A DNA stretch of 64,000 bases from Prasinococcaceae sp. CCMP 1430 (lineage: Eukaryota; Plantae; Prasinodermophyta): the NCBI GenBank assembly GCA_013416795.1, contig RQSC01000958.1, positions 62,001-126,000 of the forward strand, read 5' to 3'. Within the stretch, counting starts at the first letter, position 1, and every line of letters begins with the position of its first letter. Under the pieces are notes generated by a model that was not told where the DNA came from, made no database searches, and saw only the letters and a list, made by a program, of their open reading frames with translations. Positions 44,100-54,691 of the stretch are shown here, one piece after another. The translations under genes and the position numbers were made by a program.

Positions 44100-45363
44100 A
44101 TGAGCCGCCTCCTGCTGAGCGACATCGACGGCACGCTTGCGCACTCGCGCGTTGCCCTCGAGCGCGGCGGCGCGCGCGCGGTGCGTGTTGCGGGCATGGA
44201 CATTGTGCAGTGCAACGCCGAGGGCGGCAGCGAGGGCGGCATGGAGAGCGAGGCGCCACGCGAGCTCGTGCCGCTGCCGCCGTCGTCAACTGGTCAGGTG
44301 CGCGTATGCACTGCGCGCCGGCAGCGTGTGCGCTCGTGCGCCCGTTCGTGAGGCTTGCGCTCACACGCTCGCACGCTGACACGCTGCGGTGCCGCTCCTT
44401 CGAGTGCTTTTTGTGCGCGCTGTAGTGCGCCTTCGTGTCCGCGCGCACGTACGAGCTGTGCGCCACGCTGCGGCGCGCGGGGGTGCGACTGGCCATCCTT
44501 ACAGGCGCACGCACCGGGACGCTGCTGCAGCGCGCGCCCGCGCTTCCCGCAGCGGACGCCTACGCCGCGGAGAACGGCGGCCGCATCTTCTACGCTTCCG
44601 CGCCAGGTGGTGAGACGCTGCTGCGCGAGGACATCGAGTGGAGGGCGCGCATGGACGCGGCGTGTGGCTCGGCGGCCGAGGTGAGCAGCGCACCACTCAA
44701 GCATGAGCACACGCGCACGCGCGTATTCACGCGCCGCTGGTGCTGCTGGCGGTGCCCGTGTGCCTTAGTGTGCTTCGCATACCCTTGGCTAACGCCGCCG
44801 CCTCGCCTGCGCAGGCCGCGCTCGAGCCACCCGAGCGCCGGAGCGGCGAGCTGTGGCAGCTCTACCGGCGGATGGCGGCCGAGGGGTGGCGGCTCGATGC
44901 CAAGGGCTACTCGACCAGCTTCCGCTGCAGCGCCGACAAGGGAGGCGGCGAGCGGGGCGCGGCAGCGCTCGCGCGCCTGGTCGAGGAGGTGAACGCTGCG
45001 CAGCCGAGGTTGCTCAAAGCTTCGCACAACTTGGGGCACGCCGACTTCTACCCAGTGTGCAGCGGCAAGGAGGGCGCCGCGGCCAGGATGTGCGAGCACT
45101 TTGGCGTGGGGCGCGCCGACGCGAGCGCAATGTTCGACGACGAGAACGATCTCGGCATGGCCGACTTCGTGGGCGGGCTACGGCTGGTGGTCGGATGCTC
45201 CTGCGACGCCGTCACGCGCGTCGTGGAGGCGGCGCCGCAGCGCTTCACGACCACCCTGGCGCGGGACGCCGCCGCAACCGAGCACATGCTGCGCGCCGCA
45301 CTCGAGTGGGCTGGCGGCGGCGCGGCGGTGGCAGGCATGGTGGGCGAACAAGCAAATTCCTGA
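44100..45363 (+). CDS. HAD-IIB (Cof/sucrose-phosphatase-like) phosphatase; introns 44298-44425 and 44681-44814
   Basis: LSDIDGTL (DxD motif I), ILTGAR, ENGGRIF, SGKEGAA, MFDDENDLGM. Confidence 0.9.
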
Positions 45364-45532
45364 GGGGTGGCACTCGGGGCATGGCTCAGGACGCGCGCAT
45401 GGCCACGGCGCGCGCGCTCGTGCGCGTCGCACGTCACGCTTTCTCTCTCGCTCGACTATGGTCGCTAGTGACATGGGCGCCGGCGACACGCGTGCGCACG
45501 CACCGGCTAGCCATGAGTTGGATAGCTTATTC

Positions 45533-46273
45533 TCAGGCCATCTGCTTCTCTTGCACTGGCGCCGCCTCCGTCGCCTCGCCCTGCGTCTGCGCCGCGTTCG
45601 ACACAGGCAGGTTGCCATAATTTTCCTTTGTTGGCTTGCCTGTGCCCGCGCGCAGCGCGCGGTTGCACCCGTAAATGCTGATCTCGTCCGCACTGACGGG
45701 GTACCAGACGAACAGTGAGTACCCTGAAATGCCACAGTAGCAGGGCCGCTCGTCGGTTCCGCCATAGCGACACGTGTGCCAGCCAAAGAAAGGGCACGGT
45801 GTGCCACCACACCAACAGTATTGGCATACACACACGTCAGGTTGCCGTGCGCGCGCGAGCGAGCCCTCCTTTGCCACCACGTTGGTGCACGGGCCGCCAC
45901 AGCCCGAGCTGCACTCGGTCAGATGGAAGGTCGACTTGATGCCTGCGTGCGTTGCATCGTTGCAGGCAAGCGAGTAGTGGCGGATGGCGGCATTGTTGGC
46001 CAATTGGTTGGAGCAATGACGTCAGAGGCGCGAGCGGAGGGGGGCGCAGGCGCGCGGTGTGCGAGCCAGCTCGAGCGCCGCTGCACGCCTGTGACTTCAG
46101 CACATGTCGACGCACGCACATGAGTCCTCCTGAAAGTGGCCGTCCATGAGCAAGCGCACGTCCAGGATGTTGGCGTCGCCGGCCTGGTCCGCTGTGGACT
46201 TGTCAACAGCCTCCGCGGCGCCAAGCTTGGCGGCGCTGGCGCTCGCGCCGGCCTCCTCCTCGCCGGCCATCAT
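45533..46273 (-). CDS. Small cysteine-rich protein of unknown function; intron 45943-46119
   Basis: GTGCGT...ACGCAG intron joins EDSC|IKSTFHLTECSSGCGGPC in frame; about 12 Cys in the core (CVCQYCWCGGTPCPFFGWHTC). Confidence 0.6.
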
Positions 46274-46896
46274 CGCTCCACCGCCCCGCCCCTGCGCGCC
46301 TTCGCTACCGGCGCACGCGGGCGCGCGCGCTCTGGCGCGCCTGTCGGCGCCCGCGACGTCGCCGCGGTGTGCTGCCCTGGCACCAGGGGGGCCGCCCGCA
46401 CCAGCCGCGCGCGACGCCCGCTGAATGTCACATGAGTGCGCGCTCATCAGCCTCGCGGCAAGAAAAATAAGGGACCTGTGGTGCACGCACGCAGTTCGCA
46501 AACTCATTGGGACGGCATCGAAGAAAAGACACTGTCAATAAGGACCGAAGGTCGGTCTGGCCGGTCAAATACCCCGGTCTCTGGTCCAACACTCCCGTCC
46601 AACCCTGGTCTCACAGCGGAGCGCGCTGGAACGATTTTTAGGCGGGCGCAAATCCGCCTGGCGAGGCGTACGATAGCGCGGCGGCGCGAGGCCAGAGCGC
46701 GCGCGCGCGCGCGCCCGCCCGCCATCGGGCTGGTAGGTGTGCGCGTGGTGCCTGGGCGTGGGCTGCGCCAGGACACAGCCCGCTCCCATCGGCTCACGGC
46801 GACGCGAAGTGTTGGCAGGTACCGTGTATCTGTTTGCATCCCTTCCCTCGTCGGCAGCCGCTGCGCGCGCCTCTTTGCATTGGTGCTGCCGCAGTG

Positions 46897-49800
46897 ATGG
46901 AGGCACTCGTGGCAATAGCAGCTACGGATGCAGAGGTTGAGCTGCACGGAGATCCTACAGCAGCTAAATTACCAGAACGGCGCGAGTTGAAATGGACGCG
47001 CGCCCCTGCGTACCTGCCTCGCGACCCCTTCGAAGAGCGCGCGAGGGAGCTGCGCACTGTCAGCCACGCGTGCAGCTTGTCGCTGAGCGAAGCCGCAGAG
47101 GCTGCGCTCGCCCCGGAGCGCCTCGACGGGGCGTTGCGAGGACTTCTCCGTGCCAAGAAGGACTCCACAGCGAGCGCCGGTGTCGCAGAATCTGCTGGAC
47201 ATGCCGGCGCCCTGCCGCTCGCCGATGATGACATTGATGAGACCAGAGAGAGCGCACATGCATTTGGCGTGCTTGCGGATCCGCTGGGAGAATTGCTGGC
47301 GCTTGCCCTCGTCAGTGACCGTGACGTTGACGTCCGCGAGGCTGCTGAGTCCGACGAGGCTAGAATACCTGCGCGCATCGTCACACTACCTGCTGCTACA
47401 CGTGTGCGGCTCCAACTGGCGCCGGCGCATCGCGAAGAGATGTGGGCGCGGCCATCAACAGTGGCTGCGGAGAGCACCGAGGCGTGCACGCTGGCACTAC
47501 TTGCAACGGATGCACACGCGATTTCACAGCGGCGTCAGAGGAAAGACGCATCTGCTCATCATCTTGAGCTCCCGATGATACCTAAGGCGAGCATCGGCGC
47601 GCCAAACAGGCGCAGCGCTGTCGCAACAGCAATGGCTTGGAGGGATGCGACTGGGATGGGATGGGACTCTCTGCAGCATGCATTGCATGTGCTGTCGCCG
47701 GCAGATGTGGTCTCCGAACCAGACGCGGCAAACAAGCGCAAGCTTGCAGCACTTAGGCGGCGCGCTATGGAACCGGGAACAGAAATCGGCGGGGCAAGCT
47801 CGCCCCTGAGGATGGCCTCAGCGCCTGCCGAGGGCGTGCCTGGTGCAGAGTACAGCGACCACGGTCTAGACGTGACCCCCGCGCAGCTCGCCCGCGATGC
47901 CAACGCGGCGCTGCGCCGAGTCTCCGCTGCGCACTTCCAAGGGGGCGCCGCTCTTCTGGAAAGTCCTGTCGTCCTTGGCAGCGCCGCTGAGCAGCGCCAG
48001 CGGGCGTCGCGGCTATTCATCGCCGCCGGCGCGTGCAGCAGCAAGTCACCTGCTGGTGAGCTCGTGCCGTTTCCACCCGCGTTGGTGTCGCTGGTGCGCA
48101 TCGCAGAGCGCTGCGTTCCAGCGGCCGCGGCAGCATACGACGGAATGGGCGTGCGCATGGACGAGACAGCCGTTGTGCGGGTGAACAGGATGCTCGAATG
48201 CTCAGGACTACCGCTCTTCGATACGGCAGCAGTGCTAGCTGAAGTCTGCATCGCACGCTCGACGGGGGCGCCGGCGTCACGCACCGACCCAAGTGCTGTT
48301 AGCCCGCAAGAGGCGTTCAACATCGCACACGCGAGACTCACAGCCGGCGTTTTCGAGGACTGCAGCGTACGACCGGCATCATCTGATGATACGACATTCG
48401 CGCACCGTGAGAGCCGCACTGGGCAGAAGATTTGGGGCGCCAGCGCCATCTCGCTGGAATTGCCGGTGGCTCTCACCGCGTGCGATGTGTTGGGACCCTG
48501 CGCCAGGATCGCATTCGCATCGCTGCTGAAGCAGTCAACGATAGGAGCTGAGAGGCTCGGTGGTGGCTACCCCAGCAGTCTCGGGAGCTACGTCGGCGCC
48601 GAGCTGGTGCCTCTTGTCAGCGACGGAGACCTCGCGTACTCGGATGTTTCGCGCCTCGTCGTGGATGCAGACCTTGCTGCCTCATACGCCATGTTCCCTC
48701 CACCAGCCTTGCCCCCCTCACAAGTACCCGACTTTCCTCCACCGCTCGTGGATCCAGTCGCGCTAGCGTCACGACTTGCGCTCACAACCAGAACACTGTG
48801 CTCTGGGGCCGTGTCAACGCTCTATCTGGACTGGCACTTGAGCGCGCGAGGCGCCTGCACGGATCGATCCTGCTTCCGCGCGAAGCAATTGGTCGCGGAT
48901 GGGGCTGCACCCCGCAAGCCAGCCCGCGGCATGCCCGGGCCTGGACGAACGCGCATGCACGTGGACGAAGTGATTGCCGCAGGCGAATCTGCTGTCGCGC
49001 GAGCTGGTGGCTCGGCCGCAGCGCTGCTGGACGCTCTTCGCCATGCCGCTCTTCGCGATAAGGGGGGCAAGGGCTGGCACAGTACACTCGTCATAGCGAG
49101 AGCTATTCAAGAGGGTCGCGTCAGCCATGGCCCTGGATATTTTACACGGTGCGCGCGGCCTTCGGACATGACAGGAGCAACCGCCGATGCATGCCGACGC
49201 GATAGTGCCGCCGCGTGCGGCACTCAGGACAACGAGGAGCCCAACGGCAGCGATGGGCATTGGCTGCCGAGTCTGGCGAGGACGCAGACAGCTGGCCATG
49301 CGCAGCGCACGAGGAATGCCTCGTCGTATCGGCAGGAGGTCTGGCGCGCCCCCCTTAGTGAGCTACAGACGAGCATCGTGAAGGCTATGCGCCGCGACTA
49401 CGAGGAGCTCCTGTGTGCCAATGGATGCGCGGTAGCCGAGGCGTGCAGTCGAGGAGGGTGCAGGACTGCCTTCGTCTTCGACCTTCTCGAAGGTGAAACA
49501 GACGCGCGCATGGCTGAACTCGCGGCGGCGGCGCCCGAGGGCGCCAGCAAGCAGGGCCTCATGTCTCTGTATCTACTCCGGCAAGCCGCTCGGCATTGCT
49601 TTCAGCACGGGATCAGCGTGGCGCACCTGTTTCTGCAGCACGCGCTCTTCGCTGCGGGAAGTCGTGCCACCCTTCTGCGCGGCGAGCTACTCCGCGAGAC
49701 GTACGTTGCGCTGGCAGCGGCCTATGAGGCGGTTGAGACGCACGAGGCTGTGGACCACCCCAAGATTGAGCTGCTCGTCGACAAGCTGAGGTCGAGCGCC

Positions 49801-52800
49801 GCAAAGGCGCCTCGGCAGTGTGACGGGGCGTGGGTGGTGGCTGTGCAGCATCCTGCCGCGGCGTCGGCCCTTGTTCCCGCCCTAGCTGCGAGTGGCCTGC
49901 AGACGCACTGTGTCCGGAGACGCAGTAGCGCAGCGGACGTCGTCGAAGGCGTGAACATTGCTCTGAACGAAGGGCACGAATGCATTTTGTGCGCGTGGTC
50001 GGACATCGGCGCGGGTTTTCCCTGGGAGCGATTTGGTTCGCTCGTCGAATTCGACGGCATGGGAACCTGCTCGTCGTTGGATGCCTTCCTGGGCGAAGCA
50101 GTTCACACCCACGGTCTCCAGCATTACCTCGTGCGAATCGACGCTCCCAACGTCATCTGTGACTTTGTGCGCGAGGAAGAAGGGCGGATCGGCTGCACCG
50201 CTGGACGCGCCGATGGCAATAAGCTCCCTGCGAACGTGCGCTTGGAGCGTCTCTGTGGCGACTGCGCTGCTTCAGACGCGGTGCCGGAACCGCAGCAGCA
50301 GGCCCGGATTCCCAATGATAGTCCCGTGAGATGCAGCCGCTTGCGCACCGGAAAGTCTGTCGCCGCTCAGGCTGCTGTTGTTCCTCGAGACGGCGGCGAG
50401 GTGCAACACGCCCAGCGGTGGCCAGCGGTCCAAGAGGGCTCGCCACCCCCGGCCGAGGCCCTCCTGCAGCGAAATGCAGCACGCGGAGAAGATGGGACCG
50501 TACATCACACCCCTCCTCGCGGTACTACCGTTCAGCCGCCAGTACCGCCTCACATCACGTTGCGTGGGAATGATTTCACCAAGCAGCAGCAGGTGGGCAG
50601 TGGCCCTGCGAGCGCTGGCGCATTGCCTCGAGCTGACGGCGATGCGGGAGACGCTGAGACGCTGCAAACGCGCGACGTGCGCGCGTGGGGCGTCGTCGCC
50701 AACAGCGCTGAACGAGGAGTCGGTGGCGCTTCCATGACCCCACTTCCATCGCGCAGGCGCACCTATCGTCACTTGGTGGAGATGGACGAGGCCGGCAAAA
50801 TCAACCTGGTCGAGCGTGTGGTCGAGATGGCGTTCGACCTGGCACTGTCGCCCACGACGTGCGTAGCAATCATCGACGCGGCGCAGCTCGAGGGCATCGC
50901 GGCTCTTGCAAAAGACGAAGTGGCTCACTCCCATGAGCAAGGACACGGTGGCGGTACTGCTCCTGCCACCAGTGACACTGTGGTCGACATAGTTGGCGAG
51001 CTATTCCTAGCGCCGCTGTCGCAATGCTTCGATGTGTGCCATCTGATCATCGAGGGTCACCGCGACGTGCTCAGACACTGGCCGGCCGAGGCGGATGTGT
51101 GCCTGGCCACGGTCGCCTCAGCACTTGGCGCAAGTGCCGTCTTTCACACGACGTCAGGGCAAGATGCAACCGGGATGCTTCTGAAGGCACTCGTCTTAGA
51201 GGAGGCTTTGAGCGCGGCCGCAGGCCCGCTGACGGCAGAGGCGGCAGTCGCTCCAATAGCGGAGGCACCGTCACACGCAGAGACTGAGATGCTCCACTTG
51301 CATTGCCTCAACCCGCTCTCGGCGAATGCCATCCTGCGCTCCGGGCTCTCAGTGGAGACGCTGCTGTCACTCCCAGTGGCGCATCAGCAGCGGCATACAG
51401 GGATGAGCCAAAGGCTGCTGCGCCACCTGGCCGCGGCGTACGCACCAGTACGGGCGTGTGACAATGACATGCGTGGACACGAGGCCGAACGTTTGGACGC
51501 CCAGCAGCAACGAGGCTTTGGAACCGAAGAGGCGCAGCGCGAGGACCAGGAGCGGCGCCTACGAGCAGCAGCAGCCCGTTCTGATGGAAGTCTTCCCGTT
51601 GACATCGAGGACCAAATCGGTGACGGCGCTGCTCTAGATGAGGCCCTGAAGAGCAGGCGGCGCGCCGAGGCGCAGCTGACCGCCTGCTGTGACAATGCAG
51701 AGGCTGCCCTACACGCGCCCGATGCGGCACAAGTCGTTCATGATGGTGGAAAAAAGGCGCCACCGTTCGTCGATCGCAACGCGGGGAACGATTTGGAGGC
51801 GCTCGATCTGCTCGAAGACTACGGGCGCGGCGTGCGATCGGTTGGCATGGCAGGCGAGGAGGCGTTTCCGGCGCGCGGTACTTGCGACGTCCTCTTGGGC
51901 GATCGCGATGAAAGTTTCCTCACACCGTTGCCCACAGGCGAGCGGGCGCAGCTGGGGCAGACCCACACGGCGGCGGCGATCGTAGCCCCGCCCTTTCCCT
52001 GCGGCGTGTACGCCGAGGTGCGAGCTGGCGGCCGCGCCGTCCCAGGACACGCGCGAGGTGGCAGCTGTGGCGAGGCACCACCCCGATGCAGCCCGCAGCA
52101 ACCACGCGGGCTCGACGATTTCGACCAGCGTCGCGCTGCCGTACCGACAAGTGTCCCTGATCGAGCAGGCGTTCTTGGCAGTGCCGACGGCACTTTACAC
52201 ATGTCCCACGCAGCTCGCGCCCCGCCTCTCCTGCAGAGCCACAACGAGATTCTCGGCCGTGCGCCTTCGAGAGACCATCACGCTGATCAGGGATGTGACG
52301 GCCGATCCCCGTGGGATGGTCGCTTCGGCGACGAAATTGCAGCCTTCAATCCGCAGCTCGCCCAGGTGGACGCGATGCTCGCCCAGGACGATGAAGACTT
52401 CCTGACGCCGGTGCCCGAGGACGAGCACACTCGACGCGCTGTAGCATCTCCTACTGGCCAAGACCCACACCCGTCAACCTGGCCATTCACAACCGCCGCC
52501 GCGCGCGCGTTGGACGCGCAGCGGACGCACCACCCGTCGCCGAGGCACCCTCAAATTGACGCTGCGGCCTTCGGGCCCGCATCGATGTTTACTGGGCGAG
52601 CCGCCCAGGTCGGCAACTTGACTGGCGCCATCACCACCCGCGGCGTCAAGTATGGCAGACAGCAGCAAGCCGGAGGCGACGCACACATGCTTGCTGCAGC
52701 CGTGGTGGCGACGAGGTCGCGACACGGCAGTGGCCGCGGCCTTAGTTGCGGTGCCAAAAAGTCTGCCGGCCGGCGCCATCCGGCACCCAGGCGCAGAGAG

Positions 52801-52920
52801 GCCAGGCCCCAGCACAGCCGCCACAAAGCTCCTAGTACTGGCGGCGACACGGGAGGCAACGGCGCTGGCACATTCAGCAAGGGCTTCCGGGCCAAGCTGC
52901 CTCATCCGGACGGCTACTAA
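46897..52920 (+). CDS. SHOC1: SHORTAGE IN CHIASMATA 1 / Zip2-like XPF-domain meiotic crossover factor (about 2000 aa, no intron apparent)
   Basis: HPKIELL..L; CILCAW..IGAGFPWERFGSLVEFDG; SRRRTYRHLVEMD..INLVERVVEMAFDLALSPTTCVAI (degenerate ERCC4 domain); FDVCHLIIEG; LHCLNPLSANAIL (HhH-like). All parallel the plant SHOC1 motif order. Confidence 0.8.
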   Translation: MEALVAIAATDAEVELHGDPTAAKLPERRELKWTRAPAYLPRDPFEERARELRTVSHACSLSLSEAAEAALAPERLDGALRGLLRAKKDSTASAGVAESAGHAGALPLADDDIDETRESAHAFGVLADPLGELLALALVSDRDVDVREAAESDEARIPARIVTLPAATRVRLQLAPAHREEMWARPSTVAAESTEACTLALLATDAHAISQRRQRKDASAHHLELPMIPKASIGAPNRRSAVATAMAWRDATGMGWDSLQHALHVLSPADVVSEPDAANKRKLAALRRRAMEPGTEIGGASSPLRMASAPAEGVPGAEYSDHGLDVTPAQLARDANAALRRVSAAHFQGGAALLESPVVLGSAAEQRQRASRLFIAAGACSSKSPAGELVPFPPALVSLVRIAERCVPAAAAAYDGMGVRMDETAVVRVNRMLECSGLPLFDTAAVLAEVCIARSTGAPASRTDPSAVSPQEAFNIAHARLTAGVFEDCSVRPASSDDTTFAHRESRTGQKIWGASAISLELPVALTACDVLGPCARIAFASLLKQSTIGAERLGGGYPSSLGSYVGAELVPLVSDGDLAYSDVSRLVVDADLAASYAMFPPPALPPSQVPDFPPPLVDPVALASRLALTTRTLCSGAVSTLYLDWHLSARGACTDRSCFRAKQLVADGAAPRKPARGMPGPGRTRMHVDEVIAAGESAVARAGGSAAALLDALRHAALRDKGGKGWHSTLVIARAIQEGRVSHGPGYFTRCARPSDMTGATADACRRDSAAACGTQDNEEPNGSDGHWLPSLARTQTAGHAQRTRNASSYRQEVWRAPLSELQTSIVKAMRRDYEELLCANGCAVAEACSRGGCRTAFVFDLLEGETDARMAELAAAAPEGASKQGLMSLYLLRQAARHCFQHGISVAHLFLQHALFAAGSRATLLRGELLRETYVALAAAYEAVETHEAVDHPKIELLVDKLRSSAAKAPRQCDGAWVVAVQHPAAASALVPALAASGLQTHCVRRRSSAADVVEGVNIALNEGHECILCAWSDIGAGFPWERFGSLVEFDGMGTCSSLDAFLGEAVHTHGLQHYLVRIDAPNVICDFVREEEGRIGCTAGRADGNKLPANVRLERLCGDCAASDAVPEPQQQARIPNDSPVRCSRLRTGKSVAAQAAVVPRDGGEVQHAQRWPAVQEGSPPPAEALLQRNAARGEDGTVHHTPPRGTTVQPPVPPHITLRGNDFTKQQQVGSGPASAGALPRADGDAGDAETLQTRDVRAWGVVANSAERGVGGASMTPLPSRRRTYRHLVEMDEAGKINLVERVVEMAFDLALSPTTCVAIIDAAQLEGIAALAKDEVAHSHEQGHGGGTAPATSDTVVDIVGELFLAPLSQCFDVCHLIIEGHRDVLRHWPAEADVCLATVASALGASAVFHTTSGQDATGMLLKALVLEEALSAAAGPLTAEAAVAPIAEAPSHAETEMLHLHCLNPLSANAILRSGLSVETLLSLPVAHQQRHTGMSQRLLRHLAAAYAPVRACDNDMRGHEAERLDAQQQRGFGTEEAQREDQERRLRAAAARSDGSLPVDIEDQIGDGAALDEALKSRRRAEAQLTACCDNAEAALHAPDAAQVVHDGGKKAPPFVDRNAGNDLEALDLLEDYGRGVRSVGMAGEEAFPARGTCDVLLGDRDESFLTPLPTGERAQLGQTHTAAAIVAPPFPCGVYAEVRAGGRAVPGHARGGSCGEAPPRCSPQQPRGLDDFDQRRAAVPTSVPDRAGVLGSADGTLHMSHAARAPPLLQSHNEILGRAPSRDHHADQGCDGRSPWDGRFGDEIAAFNPQLAQVDAMLAQDDEDFLTPVPEDEHTRRAVASPTGQDPHPSTWPFTTAAARALDAQRTHHPSPRHPQIDAAAFGPASMFTGRAAQVGNLTGAITTRGVKYGRQQQAGGDAHMLAAAVVATRSRHGSGRGLSCGAKKSAGRRHPAPRRREARPQHSRHKAPSTGGDTGGNGAGTFSKGFRAKLPHPDGY

Positions 52921-53361
52921 TTACGAGAGCCTGCATCATTCCTCAAGTTCCCACTGACACAAAGCACGCCACAGAGAATTGTACCCCACCCCCACCCCTT
53001 CCCTCCCCCCTCGTCTCCGGAGACCTCCCTTCTCCGTCCTCGCTGTGCCTGCAATGCTGCTGTACCATCATGATGGTACTGTAGTACTAGTACTACTGTA
53101 CGTACTGAATTTCATTGAAGAAAGTTAAGACCAATTTCCGTCACCCTCAGGCACCTCTACGGACGGCGAGCGTGGCCCGCGCGTGCACCCACGGGGCGCA
53201 TTTCGTCGAAGTCTTTTTTGTTGAGGCGACGCGGCTCCTCTCCAAGCATTCGATGGAGATTTGGCTCTGGCTGGCGGATGGATGGGATGGGAGTCGCCAG
53301 CCAGCCGTTGCTGGTGGGCGTCGCTTGGTGCGGACAGTGCATGGCCGAATGGCCTCGTCGC

Positions 53362-54384
53362 TCAGCCCAGGCCGACCGCCGTGAGGCTGGCCCTGTGCTG
53401 CCGCACGGCTTGCGCGAAGACCAAGTCAAACGCCGACCCGCCGGGCGCCTCATCGTCGCAAGCCTCCGCCACTAGCAGCGCTCCTTCACCCGCGTGCTCC
53501 GCGCCAGACCGCATGGCCCCTGCTTCGCCTGTGCTTCTGAAGTCAGCATCGCCGCACTCACCTTCGGACGAAGAGCACGACGACGCTCCCATACGCAGCA
53601 GTGGATTCTCCTGCGTCCACTGCTCGATGCGCTCCTCTGCGGCCGCCGCTTGGGCTACAGGCGGTGCGGCGCCCTCCTCGCTCGCCCTGGCAGCAGCCCG
53701 CAGGTCGATGTTCTCGTCAGCTATCCTCCGCAGGTCCGCCGCCGTTGCCTCAGCAGCCTCGCGCTCGCGCACTAGGGCTTCTCGCGAGCGGTCGAGAGCA
53801 GCGCGCAGCGCCTCCGCCTCTGCCTGCGCCTCCACCAGCGCGGCCTCCCTCAACAGCGAGGCGGACACTTCGTCGAGGAACCGCCGCTGTGGCTCCTGCT
53901 CGTCTTCTTTGCGTCGCTGTGGCTGTTCCAGCGCTTTTCGGAGCTCGCTGGCAGCTAACTCGGCTTCGTCCGCGCGCGCGTTAGCTCGTTGGACGGCTCG
54001 GACGAGCGACTCGTTCTCCCGCACGAGACCGTCGCGCTCCGCGCGGAGCGCCTCTGCGCTGCGTCCGACACGCTCGAGCTCGCTCGTCGATGAGCGCACC
54101 GAAGCGCAGTGCTCTGTATTCTCAGCCGCCGCGCCATCTGCGACCGCTGAAGTCCCCGCCACAGTTCCCCATGCTGCATCCAAGTCAGCCTCCAGCGCAG
54201 CCGCGCGGGTGCCCTCTGAGGCGAGCGCTCTCCCCGCCTCCTCCACCACACGGCGGTGCGCCGTGAGCAATGCGCTGAGCAGCGCGCGCTGCTCGCCCGC
54301 CCGCAGCGCGCCGCCGAGGGCGCGCGCGGCGCGCGCGAACTCGCCGAGCGCGCGCTCGAGCTCATCCGTCGGCGGCGCCATCAC
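53362..54384 (-). CDS. Coiled-coil hypothetical protein
   Basis: Open 340-aa frame with long heptad repeats. Confidence 0.7.
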   Translation of the reverse strand: MMAPPTDELERALGEFARAARALGGALRAGEQRALLSALLTAHRRVVEEAGRALASEGTRAAALEADLDAAWGTVAGTSAVADGAAAENTEHCASVRSSTSELERVGRSAEALRAERDGLVRENESLVRAVQRANARADEAELAASELRKALEQPQRRKEDEQEPQRRFLDEVSASLLREAALVEAQAEAEALRAALDRSREALVREREAAEATAADLRRIADENIDLRAAARASEEGAAPPVAQAAAAEERIEQWTQENPLLRMGASSCSSSEGECGDADFRSTGEAGAMRSGAEHAGEGALLVAEACDDEAPGGSAFDLVFAQAVRQHRASLTAVGLG

Positions 54385-54691
54385 CGCGGGATGGTGCGTG
54401 TGGGGAGGGGCGGTCCCCGCGCGCAGGCGGGGCGCCCACCCTTCTCCACGCCTCGTCCCCGGCGCGAGGTGTGCGCGCCCCCCTCGTTACACGCGGAAAT
54501 TTGTGTGGGTTTCAGCGCGTTTGCCACCAATCAAAATACGTTCATTTTTTGTTTCAAAACAGCGGTAAACTCATGCGAAAACACAACCGTCCGCGTTTTT
54601 GCACCGTCGCGGCAGTTCCCCGGAGCCGCGGCGTGGCGGCACGCCACAGCGCACGCTCCCCCGCGTGGGAGCGAAGCGGCTCCGGCGGGCA

